DNA from: Klebsormidium nitens
Taxonomy: Eukaryota; Plantae; Klebsormidiophyceae
Length of the DNA: 64,000 nucleotides
Direction of reading: 5' to 3'
NCBI GenBank assembly: GCA_000708835.1
Contig: DF237042.1
Coordinates: forward strand, 146,771 to 210,770
Position 1 is the first letter of the stretch. Every line of letters starts with the position of its first letter. The notes under the pieces were generated by a model that worked only from the letters and a program-made list of their open reading frames with translations, was not told the origin of the DNA and did not search any database. Below are positions 24,443 through 38,200 of the stretch, one piece after another. A program made the position numbers and the translations under genes.

Positions 24443-25219
24443 GATTCCTGCTGCGCTTTGCAAAATGGTGCGCCTGAGAAAGTTGTGCAAGCTGGAATCG
24501 GGATTGTGGAGCTTTTCAGGGGCCTTTTTGCGAACTTTATCACACAACAGACATTTGGCGTGTACTGGCTGGGAAAACTGGATTCTGAGATTGTAGGGTC
24601 AGAAGATATTCGATGAGCCATCACTTCTGAGGTGGATAGCGCTGAAGAACGAAAGGCCAGGATGAGTCCGATAAGAGGGCATGCATCCTCACCGTTCAAT
24701 ACGCTCTTGTCAGAGTTCGAAAGATACGCGAGGTTTAGAGGGTTACGTTTTATCGTGCGGCCGCCTGAAAGTGAAGAGCGGCCGTGGTCGCGTTACGGTC
24801 GCGCGTTGGCAACACCGGCACCCGATCGACGTCGTTCCGGGCCGGCCGCGGTCCGGTCGAAAGCTAACCTACGTTCCGCCGAGATTCCGAGCATCGGGTT
24901 CACATTCTGCTTGCACAAGCCCCAGATCTAGCCAGAGGCAGAGCCCGGGCCCAGGCAACGAACGAGTATGGGCGTCTGAAACTTTGTAAAAGGCCGGGGC
25001 CGCACCTTCGGGCATGGGAGTTGCTGTCAGCATTGGGGATCGCAATGTTGCCAGCTTTATTTGCAGTACTTACCAAGTTACGAACAGGATCTGTGGCAAG
25101 CTCAGACTTTCTGAAACCCAAGTCTTTCTGCACTAGCGGAAGAGGGCATCACACAGCTGAAGATTGATTGATTGTTTTCATCTGTCAAGTTTCTTGAGGA
25201 CTTCAGCGGAATAGTCTCA
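24443..25219. promoter_or_regulatory. Putative bidirectional promoter and 5' UTRs of RbcS and the MSL1-like gene
   Basis: Head-to-head ATGs 777 bp apart. Contains GATAAG (I-box-like) at 24670-24675 and GGGCCC/site-II-like motifs near 24945; function untested. Confidence 0.45.
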
Positions 25220-28200
25220 ATGGCATCGGCGGGATTGGTGAAGGGAAGGCTTCCTTGTACAAGAGACACTGTGTGCAGCCTGAGGGCACATATCCCCAAG
25301 AGGGGGAATGCAAGTGCGATCCTTTGCAGTGGTCGGAGGCAGACCCCCAGTCCCTGCCAGATCATAAAACAGGTGCATTGCTCAAAGTCAATGGCTCTGG
25401 TTCAAGCTCTATTTCTTTGTTTTCGTACTCATACAGTTGCTGCTTATCATTCTGGTAAAGTTGGAGCCCTTGTTTGTCTGTTTTATTGGATCCAATTTCA
25501 TGTTACTGGTTGCTCCAATTGCTGTACTGGAAGAGTGATGGCTGAAATTCGCTAGTATCTTTTGCATCTTAATGAAAGTCCCTTTGGTAAACAACATTTT
25601 CTCAGGGAACTGCACAGCAGACTAGTCCGTGCACTTTCAGAATGTGTTTAGGATGGGTTGAAGATGGTGAGTGACTAGGCTTCCATGTTACCGCATAGAG
25701 CTTCTGCGTACGCGAAGAGTCGTCCTAAGTACAGCACACTGATCGAACACAGAAGAATTGTTCATGATGGACAAAGTGGTCAACGTGACTGCCCCCAGAG
25801 GAACCACTTGGAAACACTTGTCATAGGCTGGCCAATAGTACCATCTTGCACAAACTGACTAGTATCACTTATATATGCAATCAGGGCCCCACTTCTAAGG
25901 CAATGCTACAATCAGCGCAGGCAGCAGCACTACAGTGATCCGTGCACGTCTTACCCAACGTCCAGATCCTTGGTTCAAAGCCTACAGGATTTACTGTCAT
26001 CTCGGTCAAACCAAAGTACAATTAGTACAGCTTGGACTGAGCAGATTTCCCTGTGCAACGTCCATGGGGCAATCCTTTCTAAGCATGCTTTATAACAGCA
26101 TTTGGAAGAATAAAGTTGATTTTTCCAGGTTTGTCAGGCCATGAACGCACTTGCACTGATCAACCTGTTATGAAAAGTCCTCTGAATTTGAGTCACTTCG
26201 GCACAGCTTTCGTTGTTGGCTTAAGCCAGCTGCTCTTACCCCCAACATAGATAGTCGCGCGTCATCTCGTGTCTATCTTTGTCAGCAAGAGCGTCCTCGT
26301 CATCATTACTGTCTCCTTGTTTTCATGAATAGCCTCACTTCTTCCCAGGCAGAATTTCTTTTGTTTCAAAGGCGACATTGACCCATTCCTTAACTAACAA
26401 TTGCAGGTCTTGCCATCATCCTTCCTGCACGCCCGCTCGCAACCATTCCTCCCACCGCGGCCAAACCTGCCCTGCCTACAACAGGCCCCCTCCCAGCAAC
26501 GCCTGCTGAATCACACCCCCCGGACACGTCAGATCAGAGCTCATGCGCCTGCGGGTGCAGCCGCAAGACCGGTCGCCCCAATTGACGCGGCAAAAGGAAC
26601 GATTGAGGGTTTCAATGCGTGGCTTCAAAAGTCGCACTCGACTGAACTCACAAGATGGCTAGAGGTGAGGCAGCGAATCTTGGCCGCTTGGCCGCAAGTT
26701 TTGTGAGAGCTATGCCGGACCAAGCCCCCTACAGTTCTTGCTTGGGGGACAGATTCAAGTAGGCTTCCCTTTCCAGGCTAATAGTTGTCTTTTTTAAACC
26801 TTGAGGCTCGTTGGAGCAGTCCAAAGAAGACAACATGAGCCCTTACCTGGCTCTGCGCATAATTGGCAGACTGTCGAACACTTTCTTGCACAAACAGCTT
26901 CGCCCCGCCTCCGGTTCCCCCGTGTGTCCTGGTCCTAGGCTTCTTAGTCCATACTCTCTCAACACTGGCTATGCATCACCCTTCGATTGCTGCTTCAATT
27001 GTGTCTCGGTTCCTTTCTCATCTCTGTCCCATCAAACCTTCATGGACTACCTTTTACCCCATTCACCCCGCACTTCCTATCTATGTCTCTGACTCAGACC
27101 GTTCGTCAAACAGAGGGCGGCTTTCCTTGTCGTAAGTATGAATCAAAAGGTACACCAGTCATACGCATTTTCAGTATGAAAGTACCCCGAACTTGTACAT
27201 GGCCCCCTCTTCCTTCCCCTGCTTCCTTCCTGCCCTGGGAACACTAGTAACATCTGTCTGACATCATCGTGACCCTGCGATGCTCGCCTTTGGTTTGATA
27301 TCGTGTAAGATCTGGCCCTTGCTGATGCGATTAAGCAAGGCCCTCTCACAGGACCCTGATCGAACGCGGACCTCGAAAATCATGTACTTGCGTCAAACTT
27401 CAGGACCAATCCCTGGACTTTTGAAGCACTGCGCTGATGTCATCGTGTCCTCGGCAGGAACATCTGGACGTCCACCCTCCATCTCTCAACGTGACCCCGT
27501 TTTCAAGCACGGGCTTGTATCATAAGACCTAGACCTTTGACTTCCTATCTTGATGTCATCCGTCCCCCGCAGCCGCGCAACATTGTGCTTCCAATGTCTC
27601 CACATTGTTGGAAGCCCCTGCCACTGCATTTCGCCAGTGACAAGCTACTCTTTACAGGAAGAGTGCTTGCAATACACGTCGTTGTCTCCCATCCTAAACT
27701 TTCTCGTCGTTTAGGAACCTGTGTTTCCGTACTGACGTCATTCCGACCGCGGGGCGCTCGGTGTCGAGCTGCCTGGCCTTTTCGCTTGGCTTTCCCAGCC
27801 TCTGCACAAGAAGTCCAATCACTCAGAACTTTCAATCGGAAAATGCAAAAATCCGCGTGCTGACGTCAGCCGTCCCCCGCAGGCGCGCGGCATCGTCCTG
27901 CCCGACTTCTTCGCGTGGCTCCCTCAGCCGCTGCACAACAGACTACATCACATCGAGGACGAGCTCGGCATCTTCACGCAGGAGATAATCCTCGCGCTCC
28001 TAGTTCTCCTCTTCATCCGGGAGCTCAAAAACGTGCTGTACTTTTTCCACGACAAGTGGTACAACGTGCTGCACAAGAAGCAGACGGACGTGTACATGAC
28101 GCACAAGAGGAAAACGTTCGAGCACACCGTGTTCGGCGCGCTCGAGGGCCCTCTCAGCGCCGCGACGTTCCTGCTCTGGGCGTCCCACGTGTGAGCGCCA

Positions 28201-31200
28201 CGTGGCCTTAACTCGCCATTTCTACTGGGTACCAGCATTCCGGGAGGCCGACTCAAATCCCTTCACCTGGATCCTTGGCGTGTCTACATTTCTGCGAGTC
28301 GACTGCCTTTCGCCTCAGGCTGATAGTGAACCTTCAGCCGCTCACCACTTGACCTCGAAAATCTCCAGGCAAGCATCTGGATCAAAGAATGGTCTCCACG
28401 TCCTTATACGAAGGAATATTCAATTGTCGTGAAGTTTCCAATTTCGGCTCAATCACAGTCCTGGAATCCGCGAAGAGGGCGGGGTTTTTGCCCTGCTTAG
28501 TGTCTTCGACAAGTACTGAGGTTTTAGCCCAGGTTTGAAGGCTCGGGGCTTGAAGAATCCGCGGTCACCATATTCATTTGGTTTAGACTTTGAGGGCTTC
28601 GAAAGATAGCGGTCTTGTGTCCGACTAGGGTACTGACTTTTATCGTTCTCGACCAACAGGCGGTCATATTTACTCGAACCCAACCTGTTCTTAAGCTCTG
28701 CAAAAACGCTTGTTGTTCCCCATATACCGACTTTTGGCCACGGTGTCGAAAGCAATCTCCTTGGATCATGAAAGGAACCGCTGACCAAGGCGCGCGACCC
28801 CAGCAGTGGTCTTGGCTGGGTTAAACTTTTCCTTCCAAATTCCCTTGCTCTTCAATCTTCCTCTCAGAGATTGACCGAAGTGTTTCTTTCTTGGCTCGTT
28901 GATTCTGAGCTGACAAAGTATTTGTTTCTCCGTCTGCAGATACACCGTCATTGCCCCTCTTCTCCACATCAAGTTCTCGACCAAGGCGATCGCAGTCTAC
29001 CGTGAGGTCAGCATCATCGGGGTGCTGACGTGGTTCGCCCTCAACTGGAAGAACAACATCATCGGCGAACTCAAAGCGCGCTCCTCCGAACAGGTGGGAC
29101 CGCTGGTTGAAGATCGCGGAATGGACAAGACCGTTGGGGACTTTTTTCATGATTGTGGTACTTTCAGCAGCAGGATAGGCTAGGTTTTCTCCCGCTTTGT
29201 GAGTTTCATAATGTCCGGACGTGTCTTCTTGCCAATCTTTGGATTCGAAGTCGACGTCTTGAGTTCGTTCATTGTGCGTAGTTTTGGATTTTCTTGTTTC
29301 GACGGTGACGGCTGCACTGCACACACCCAGTTGCCATCACGCACAGGTAAAAGGAGTCGCGAACAAGCATCCAACGTACCAGTTTGCAGCAGTCGAGGTC
29401 TTCGCTCTATCCTAAGGCTCCGAAAGGTGACTTGTGCCATTGCCGGTGCTTGAACCGCTTTAGTTCCTCTTCCCTGGGGAGCGTCCGTTTGACGGAAAAT
29501 ACAAAACAGAAAGACTTCTGCGTGTCTTGTCGCTCTTTCTGTGCTGAGAGGCTTTCCAAATAGGACACGATCCCCAAAGAGTTTCGCCTTCTATTTTTCA
29601 TTCTTCCAGATTTCGGCAAGAAGAAAACCCCCAGCTTTAAGCATGTGTTCATGATGAGTTGAGACTTTGTGTCAATCGAGAAGTATTTGGGTTTCCAGCA
29701 TTTTTGTCTGTGGTCCAAGTACACCCAGACCTGCTCTTATATCAAACTGTGTGCTTCGCCTCCAAGATCCCGCCGGGATTTCCCCCCTGGCTCGGAGGAC
29801 CGCGAACGAGTTCCCGCACTTTCGGCCGACACGAATTTGATTCTCTCCACGAAGTTAAAACCTCAAATCTCTTCTTGCAGAGCACAAAAGCGTTGCTCGG
29901 CGAGGACCGCAGCCAAGTTCTCACTCTTTTGGTCGCCGCAAAATTGATTCTTTCCAAGATGTGAAAGCCTTTAGACCCTTCTTGCAGAGCACGAAGGCCC
30001 AGCTCGGCGCGCTGGACAAGCTGGCCACGATCTTGATCGTTAGTTTCGGGATCATGGTAACCGGCGAAATTGCGGGATATGCTTTCAAGTCAATCCTGGC
30101 CCTCGGGGGAGTGTCGGGTGAGTCTACGTGTTCTGCTCTTTTTCTCAACCGTCGGTTAGAAATGCGAGAAGACAGCTGAGCAGTTTTGTCAAAATGTACA
30201 GCTGTGCATCACCCGTGGAAAATGTGTAGGGTCGTTCGCACCGTTCCGCTCTTCCGCTTCGGCTCGGCTTTGGCTTTTCGCTTCGGGACGCTGACAGCTC
30301 ATGGTCACTCCAGCGTGCCGGAATGAGGGCCAATAAGTGTCAATGGCACTTCGCATCGGTTGCAGAGCTTGACTTACCGTGAAAGTTGCTGTCGAGCGCG
30401 CACGTATTTGCCAAAGCAGTTTCAAATCATAGGCTCCGCAGCCGCCGTGCTTAAGCATGCTAGTGAAAGAACAAAAGATCGCATGGCGTCAGCATGACGT
30501 GGGTCCTCTCGGTGCAGGTATCGCAATCAGTCTGGCCGCGCGCGACGTGGTAAGTAACATGTTCGGGGGTACGATGCTGTACCTCACGCGGCCGTTTGCG
30601 CAAGGCGACACCATCAAGGTACGTGCGCATTCACACCATCACAGTACGTGCACATTCACACCCCAGCTCTCCAGCTGGAACGTCAGTCCACTTGGCATTC
30701 GTCCGAGTTCCTCACTTCGCCTCGCTTTTCCCCGATTTGAGGTGGTCGTTTTCCTGCTGTTTCACGGATTTTGAGATTGACAATGTGCTCGAGTTCCGAG
30801 CTGTAGAGACTAGGCGTTGGGTAAGAAGAACCAGCTCTGCAGAAGTAGGAGAAGATCCTCGTCCGACAAGAGATCTTCTTTCAAGGAAGGATTGGGACGC
30901 TGATGTTCGCTTCGGTGGCTGCATAGTGCTTCAGTGTCGTTGGGACGTTGCATTGCGGTTGCAATTCTGTGTTTCTTTTCACTGCCAGAGCCTTGTTTCT
31001 GCACCCAATGACGTGGCACCGAGTCTTTCAAGCGTCTCCTGACGTCAGCTGACGCGTGCTGACGTCACCCTGGCAGGCGGGCAACGTAAACGGCCAGGTG
31101 GTGGATATTGGCTTCTACTCGACCAAGGTCATGACCCCAGACAAGCAGCCCACGTACGTGCCCAACGCCTACTTCACAAATCAGGTGAGCAGAGTATGCC

Positions 31201-32901
31201 AAGCAGATCTCAGAATTGCGCAATGGCCAGACTCGTGTTGCACTCTTTCGATGTCGTCTAACAACATCCAACGATAGGTACCGTACTCATCAGCAAATAA
31301 ATAATCATTTGGCCTGCCGAATGTGTCAGAAATATATTGCAGGCGGTAATGGATCGATAACGGTATGTTTTAGCAGGTAACATTGGGTCTGGCGAACTCC
31401 TAAAACGTTTTTGAATGATTTTTTAGTCGTCGAATCTGACGAAATTAGTCGCTGGTACGGTATGCAAGGTTGAGCTAGGAGCAGCCCAGTTGCTCAGAAC
31501 AGGGTACCGCAACCGCACAGGGCACAACCTTGGATAGCACCGAGTTTGGTGTGTCCATCTTACAACGTCGAAAGGTATCCGGTGGCAGCAAGGCTTCGTG
31601 ATGCCTCTCTGCCGTTCCAAACTTCTGCGCTCCGCCTAGTGAAGCTTTTTCTGTTAGAATTTAGGTTTGTGCTTTACATCTGGTGTTTGGGGCTAGACGC
31701 CGCAGTCGGATCTGCCCCGCCTTTTTGCAATTGGTATCCGCAAACCTGGCGCTGAGACGGAGGAGCGAACTCTGTTTCTTTCTTTTGTGGAACTGCAATG
31801 TTGTCTTATAGCACATTCACAATCGCACGTTCACATTCCTTCGCTGGATGTATAGGTTTCTCTTGCCATCGCCTTCCCCCAGGCCACGCTAGCTTCATCG
31901 AGGCACTCAAAGGGCTCCGACTACCCGGTTCTTCTTCGTGATTCAATGCCAACTCTTTCTTTCTGGCTGATAAGCGAGCGCCCGACCGACAACTTGGGGA
32001 GTTCCGTGTCGAACGCCGCTCTCAACAAACTATACCAGGACACTTAAAACCGGCATAGAGACTCCAAACTTTTCGCGGTTTCTCTCCGACAGGTAATCAC
32101 AAATTACTCCCGGGCCACAAACCGGGTGCTCAACGCTGTGTTCACACTGCGGCACCAGGACCTGGTTAAGGTTGACCACATCGTTGACCAGATTCGGGAC
32201 CTGCTGAGCTCCCACCAGTCGATCGACCTCCAGTCGTCGGTTAACGTCAACCTGGTTAACGTAACCCCGTACAACCTGGAGATCCAAATCAACGCTGTGA
32301 CCAGGCCGAACATTGTGAGTGGCCTCTGTCACCCTTTTTGCTGTTAGTAGATTGTTCGAATACGAGGGCAGAAATTTGACCATATCCGCGCTCTCTTGCA
32401 GGGGGTTCGAGGGATTGCCCGAACCTCTTGTTAGCGTTCTGATAGCCTCAGTTGCATGGGCAATCACGTCCAGTATCTCAGGTCGCGTCAGTAGCGCCAA
32501 GACTGAGATCGGCTGTGTTGGACTGAGCTTGATCATTCTCCCTAGATGCTCGACGTCAGAAGGGTTGTTTCTAAATCTCAAAGAACGTCATGGTCAGAAT
32601 CGAAGGTCAGAAAGAATTCTTGTCCCGAAGTATCTTTTCCTTGAACTGCAAACCCGGTGTCTGTTTCGCAAAGCATAAAATGATATAGCGTTACCCCGCA
32701 ACGGACTGCCTGCCTCGTCCTGTTTGCCTTCTGCTCGTGCGTAACGCTCATTTTCGACCTTCTGAGCAGGGCGGCGGCGAATTCAACAGAGCCAAGCACG
32801 ACATATTCATCCGGATTGCCCAAATCATCGACCAGGCGGGAGCGAGGCTTAGCCCATACCCGGATCAACCTTACCCGCCGATCCCTATCCCCGCAAAATA
32901 G
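25220..32901 (+). CDS. MSL1: MscS-like mechanosensitive channel, MSL1-like, with organellar transit peptide; exons 25220-25372, 26407-26664, 27883-28190, 28940-29093, 29988-30117, 30518-30618, 31077-31184, 32093-32314, 32770-32901
   Basis: FEHTVFGALEGPL; VLTWFALNWKNNII; LDKLATILIVSFGIMVTGEIAGYAFKSILALGGVSGIAISLAARDVVSNMFGG; RPFAQGDTIK|AGNVNGQVVDIGFYSTKVMTPDKQPTYVPNAYFTNQ|VITNYSRA; KHDIFIRIAQIIDQAGA. MscS domain with MSL1-clade motifs; nine exons splice in frame. Confidence 0.92.
29790..30010 (+). repeat. ~105-107-bp tandem repeat spanning the MSL1 intron-4 acceptor
   Basis: cttcttgcag/agcacaaaagcgttgctcggcg at 29880 versus cttcttgcag/agcacgaaggcccagctcggcg at 29987; an earlier partial copy gctcggaggaccgc at 29790. 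Confidence 0.85.
30610..30660 (+). repeat. 25-bp tandem duplication spanning an MSL1 5' splice donor
   Basis: accatcaag/gtacgtgcgcattcac followed by accatcacagtacgtgcacattcac. Confidence 0.85.
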
Positions 32902-33679
32902 AAAGCTGTGCTGACCCATAAGCTTGTGTTGTTGATATAACAGATGGGCTGCTATCAGTCTTAATCGTGCTTGCTTAGAGTACATACTATTTGATGGCTT
33001 GGAAAGGGCTGACTGGCAAGAAGCTGCCACTCTGACGCTTTGCTTTTGGTGTACATAGGGTGTCAGTCCTGATGAAACGGGCACTAGGCCGGACAATGGC
33101 AGCGCAAACCTTGATGTCGGTAACTCTCAGGTCTAATTGGCCGAAATGTCCAGACGTGGATACTTGTGGGTATATTCGAGGTGGATCCGCCCCCTTTTGG
33201 GTGATCTCTAGGTTATCTTTCCGTCATCAACCCATGTCCGTGTGCAAACATGGGCCGGCGTGCAGCGTACGTCATATGCTGTCACGCCTCCGACTATGAT
33301 ACATTGGTAATTCGCGTTTTGTCAATTCGGAACTGAAAAGGCCAAAGAGTTGAGCTTCGGATGTCAACGCGTAAATCCAAATCTTTCGTCATCTTAGTGA
33401 GATGATCATGCAACTCAGAATCCAGATTCCGCGACAAGACTCAGATGTCTTAAAGCTATAGCGGGTCACTAGTGCGCGGATTGGATGGTTGCTGGGTTTG
33501 CCTAATTCCCACCGTTTGATACACGGGTCCGGCCAACTCTTATCGATGAAAACAGAGGTGTTGCCTGAACTGCAGGCGGCCGCACCGCATGCGACGCTGG
33601 AAATTGACCAAAACGGCACTCGAGTCCTTTCAGTTAACCCTTCATAACCGTCCAATCAGTACACAAATGCGCATAACTC

Positions 33680-34030
33680 ATCATACATGCACAGTCACTG
33701 CACATGCGTATGATAGCATGCTAGCTCATGCAGCCGTGGGAACGCTTGTACGTGCCGCCATGTGCGATATCTACTATCTAGCACTGCACATGTGGAGTCG
33801 CTCTCGATCGTCAACAATTTTATTTATACTGAGTATTTCCGGGCATGTTTAAGATCGATCGGTCTGATTTAAATGATTCGCTTGCAGCATGTCATGGTCG
33901 ATCGATCCAAACGCGTCGGATCATCCCTCTATAATCTGAGAGCTACATATAACCGTGTTCAATGATGGCCTGATGACTTCATTGTAAGTGTCGCGGCTGT
34001 CATGTAAAGTCAAGCTTTTAACATGCGCGG
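33680..34030. other. CATG/GATC-dense intergenic island between convergent MSL1-like and Ig/TM gene 3' ends
   Basis: Hand count 11 CATG and 6 GATC in about 350 bp. Confidence 0.6.
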
Positions 34031-35207
34031 CGCCGCCAGCTGCTAGGGCCTGACCTAAGGCGCGGCACGGGGCCTACCGGAAGTCAGCTCGCCCTAGATC
34101 AATTGGCCACAAGCCCGCGCTCCAACCTTCTAATTGCACTAACGACCAGGTCTTCGAATAGCAGCACAACATCTCCCACAAATCAGCTGGTAGTTTGTTG
34201 AATGGACAAACCCGAGATTCCGCATGCAAGGTTCAGACTCGCGCAAGACTCAACGCCGCATGAGTCGAACGTATGCCAATTCCTTCGGCCTGCGTTTATG
34301 CAGGCTGATTCATTTTGATAACTATAGTCAATCAAGAATCCGGTCTCTCCTTTAACTGACCCAAATCCTTTCACAAACTTGAAAGTACCCTTACATTGTG
34401 GGCATTGTCACTATATTGTCTGGTCACAAACCCGACTGCCTAAGTTGACGTCCTAGAGGTAAATTATACTTTCGACCACTTTGGTCTGACCACACGTCCT
34501 TTACCCGCAAGCCCTCCTCATCATGGACTCTCCATATTGTCAGTCTTAGGCCTTCGTAAGTGGAATCGTCGTTAAGTCGAGCTTCCCAGGCCATTTACTT
34601 TATTTTCATCTAGTCCGAAAGGGAAGGTTCTGGGCAAAAGCTGAATATCTAACAACTAAACAAGTACCGAGGCTGAAACAATCATTGCCTACTAATCGTT
34701 TGTACTTTCAAATTGATGTCCCAGCCTCATCGTTCGGCTGTGTCGCACACTTTGACTTCTCCCAAGAGTTTATATTGAGACTAGTACGAACCGGCCTCTT
34801 AAGATGTCCTTCGTTTCTCGTCTTGCCAGTTCTACACCATCTAACAAACTTGACGCAACAACAAACCAATGCAAGTTCGAGAGCCCTAGTAATCTAAAGC
34901 CACCGAGGCCCTTGACCCACCTCCGAGTTGACAAGCAATCAACTAGACAAACAATAGAGTTCGTGACTGCACAATACGAAAAAGACGACTATCTTGTGCT
35001 GGTTTTGAAACCTGCACTCCGAAAGCGACGAGAGTCTACATGCAGAAACCCGGCAACTCGTAACCCGCATCTACCCGCAAGGCACAAGCACCGAGCTGGT
35101 GGTTGATCGTTAACCCGGGTGATATTTCCAAACAAGTTCTGCTAATCCCATGAGAATCACTAGAAGTCCGTGGTCCCCGGCCACAAGTCCTGCTCCCGCT
35201 GAACCCG

Positions 35208-38200
35208 CTAGAAGTGCACCGGGAGCGCCGTCGCCTTGCCTCGGAACCAAGCCACGGCCTTCAGCGTCAACGAGACGAGCCTGCAGCGGAAAGGCGTCGT
35301 CAAACCCGCTCTCAACCAAGAACGCTTTTCCTCGTATCAACTTCTCTTGGGAAAGAAGATTGTAACTCCTTGCACTGACTGCGGGCCTTATAGTGTAGGA
35401 CCATATTCCTTCAAGGTATTGACTTGTCAGCAGACACTAACGAAGTCGCTTACGAGACAGCATCCCCAACAAAAAGCGCGCGCTTGCGCGCGCTCACGAA
35501 GTCTTTCCCTAGTTCTTTGCACGATTTCACTTCTGAGTTCTGCTTTAAAGTTTTCTGGGGTTTGAGGGTTTGCGGTTTTGCGCGCGCGCTCACGTGTTGA
35601 CGACGTTGCTGAAGACCGCGAGCAGCTGGAGCGCGATCATGGTGTAGCCGAGCGCCTCCTCGTTCTTGCGCAGCCGGCCCTCGGGGCTGACGTCCTGCTT
35701 GATGACGAGAGCGAACGCGAGCGTGACGACAGCCAGCTCGCACACGCAGCTGAACAGCTCCGCCAGCTGGAGGGTGGCCACCACGAACGGCTGGACGAGG
35801 AAGACGATATGGGTTAACATCTGGGTTAGCACTTGGTTTAGCTGGATCACAAACGGTTGGACGACCAAGACAATTTGGGTTAGCATCTGGGTCGACGTAT
35901 TCGCGTAATGTGACGTGGCGAGTTTCACTCAGTCCGCCTGCAAGTCTTATTGCAAGGTCGATTAGATGCTCACACGGAGACGACTCGCTTAGAATGTGAG
36001 GACTCGTTTAAAGAGTAGTCAGTAGCTTTCGTGGCGAAGTTTCGGGAATTTGGAGTCTGTTGCTTCCCCTTTTTCTTGGGTGCAATCCTATCTATAGGGA
36101 GAGCTAGCCTCCGGGATTAACTGGGACGTCATTTGAAGGATTCGAGTTAGGGGCCGCGGAAAAACTCGTCAACTGAAGGCACGCACTGAAGCGCAAACCA
36201 CCATAAACTTGCGACCGACATCACCTCCTGCACGATACTCGTTGCGGTCTGTGCAAGTTCATATCGGGGCTCTGACGTCACGAGAGTGGTTCGTGACGTC
36301 ACCTTAAGGAGGAAAAGAACGATGACGAGCAGCGCCCGCATGGCGACGAGGAAGCAGAGCTGCCAGTAGGACGCGCGCACTCCGTACGTGGCGCCCAGCA
36401 GAGCGGCCTCGATGGCCTGGACACGTGGCGGTGCGACATTGGTCAGAAAAGAATCGTGCAAACGTACCGGCTGCTAGCAAGCCAGTATGCACTTACATCG
36501 TTTCGACAACTTTGGCAGCGACTGATTCTCAGGTCTTTATATATGGAAGTGGGCAAATGGATGGATTAGGGGCCAGGCTCGCATTAGTGAGACGTGTCGA
36601 AACACGGAGGTACATCATCTTTGGATGTGAATATTGCATATATGACTGTTGCAAAAAGTAAAGGGCATTTCGAGCGTGGTCAGATTTCGCATCTCAGATC
36701 CTTGATAGACTTTCGCATTTCAGATCTTTGACAGACTTCAGACTTCGTTTTCGCTAGCCTCGTCCCCTTTCTCGCTCACTCACCACGACGAGGAGGTACA
36801 TCATCTTCCACCCGGGGCGCAGGTGCGCGCCCACGCCGACCTTCCCGACGCGGTGCACCGTGCGCGAGCTCTGGCTGCGGAGCAGCTTTGTCCCCGGCGC
36901 GGGAATTCCGGGCGCGGCCTCGAGCAGCTTCTTGGATGACTTGGGCTTGGTGTAATACGCGAACTCCATGTTCCCCAGCCTACGGCGAACCCGCACCACT
37001 TTACCGGGCGCCTCGTTGCTGACGTCACCGCGGGTGGGCGATTGGGGCTTGGCTTCTCCGAGCGCGGGCTCCTTCGCTTCTTCGATGTCGATAAACTTCG
37101 CTCCCGCGTCGTCGACAGATTTGGGGGTTCCCTCGAGAGGGGCTTCGGCGATCGGGGGGGATCCCCCGGTCAGCAGGCCCTCGGCGTCTTCCACCGGTCC
37201 GCCTTTGAAAGAGAGGCCGCTCGGGGCGCCCTTGCGGGATGTCGAAACGGAGAGGTGCGGAGCGATACTGAGCAGTTCGGACGGGCGGCCGCAGTAGTCG
37301 GAGAAGAAGAAGCCGTACTTCGCCAGGAATAGGTCGCCGCTCTCGGAGTCCACCGGCTCCCAGGTGCCGCGGAAGGGGGCACGGAACCAGGCGGCGAGGC
37401 CCCCCCCCGCGCGGTGTTGCTCGGAGACGAAGGCGACCGACTTGCTCTGAACCGCGGAAGAAGTATGTCAGGATCGTTTAGGTAATGCTTTAGGATTGGG
37501 GCAAGTCCCAACTGCATGTATTCTGAACGTCGGCTTTGAAGTCCTCTCATCTCCTGGACACACAAACATAACGTTTCGATATGCCGTCTGCTTGATGCAT
37601 GTTCAATTCTCAGTTTAGAACGCAGCCTACACATGGAGAAGCTACGTAGTACACGTTCAACGAACTCAATCTGCCATACACCCCCCAGCAGAGACGAGTG
37701 GTAGTGCCAAGCTGACTGAATCGTGAACTCTCAATCCAGCAATCGATCGGCGACGACTCTGAGAACGATGAGTTGGTTAAACAAACCGGGACTCAGCTTG
37801 CAACCATTATCAACCTGACACCAGTCCAGAACCGGGTTTGAGTTACTAATTAGGTTAGCACTTACCATCATGACGTGGCGTGCCAGGATGGACAGCACGA
37901 AGAGGAAGAAGCCCAGGATCACCATCAGAACCAGCAGGCCCAGAGTGATCCCCCAAGGGGAAGCGCCTGCGATAAGACACACACAACGCGCATAAGAAAG
38001 ACAGATTTTCCTTTCAGCCTCGCGATTTGGAGCCTTTTTTTCTCCTTGAGACTTTCTTAGAGCGAATACGGTTTTGAGAATCGTTTCAGAACCTGGTCTA
38101 CGCAGGTTCAGCAGCTACGGCAGAGAACCGCGACCCTACAGCGCGCCACGTGTCCCCCGGAAACTCACCCACGATCGCCCCGAGTGCCACGTAGCCGAGG

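Noticed and set aside
32030-32581. 183-aa minus-strand ORF
   Set aside because: Largely an antisense shadow of an MSL1-like exon.
32402-32678. Alternative last exon of the MSL1-like gene
   Set aside because: No MscS C-terminal similarity in any frame; 32770-32901 gives the expected helix.
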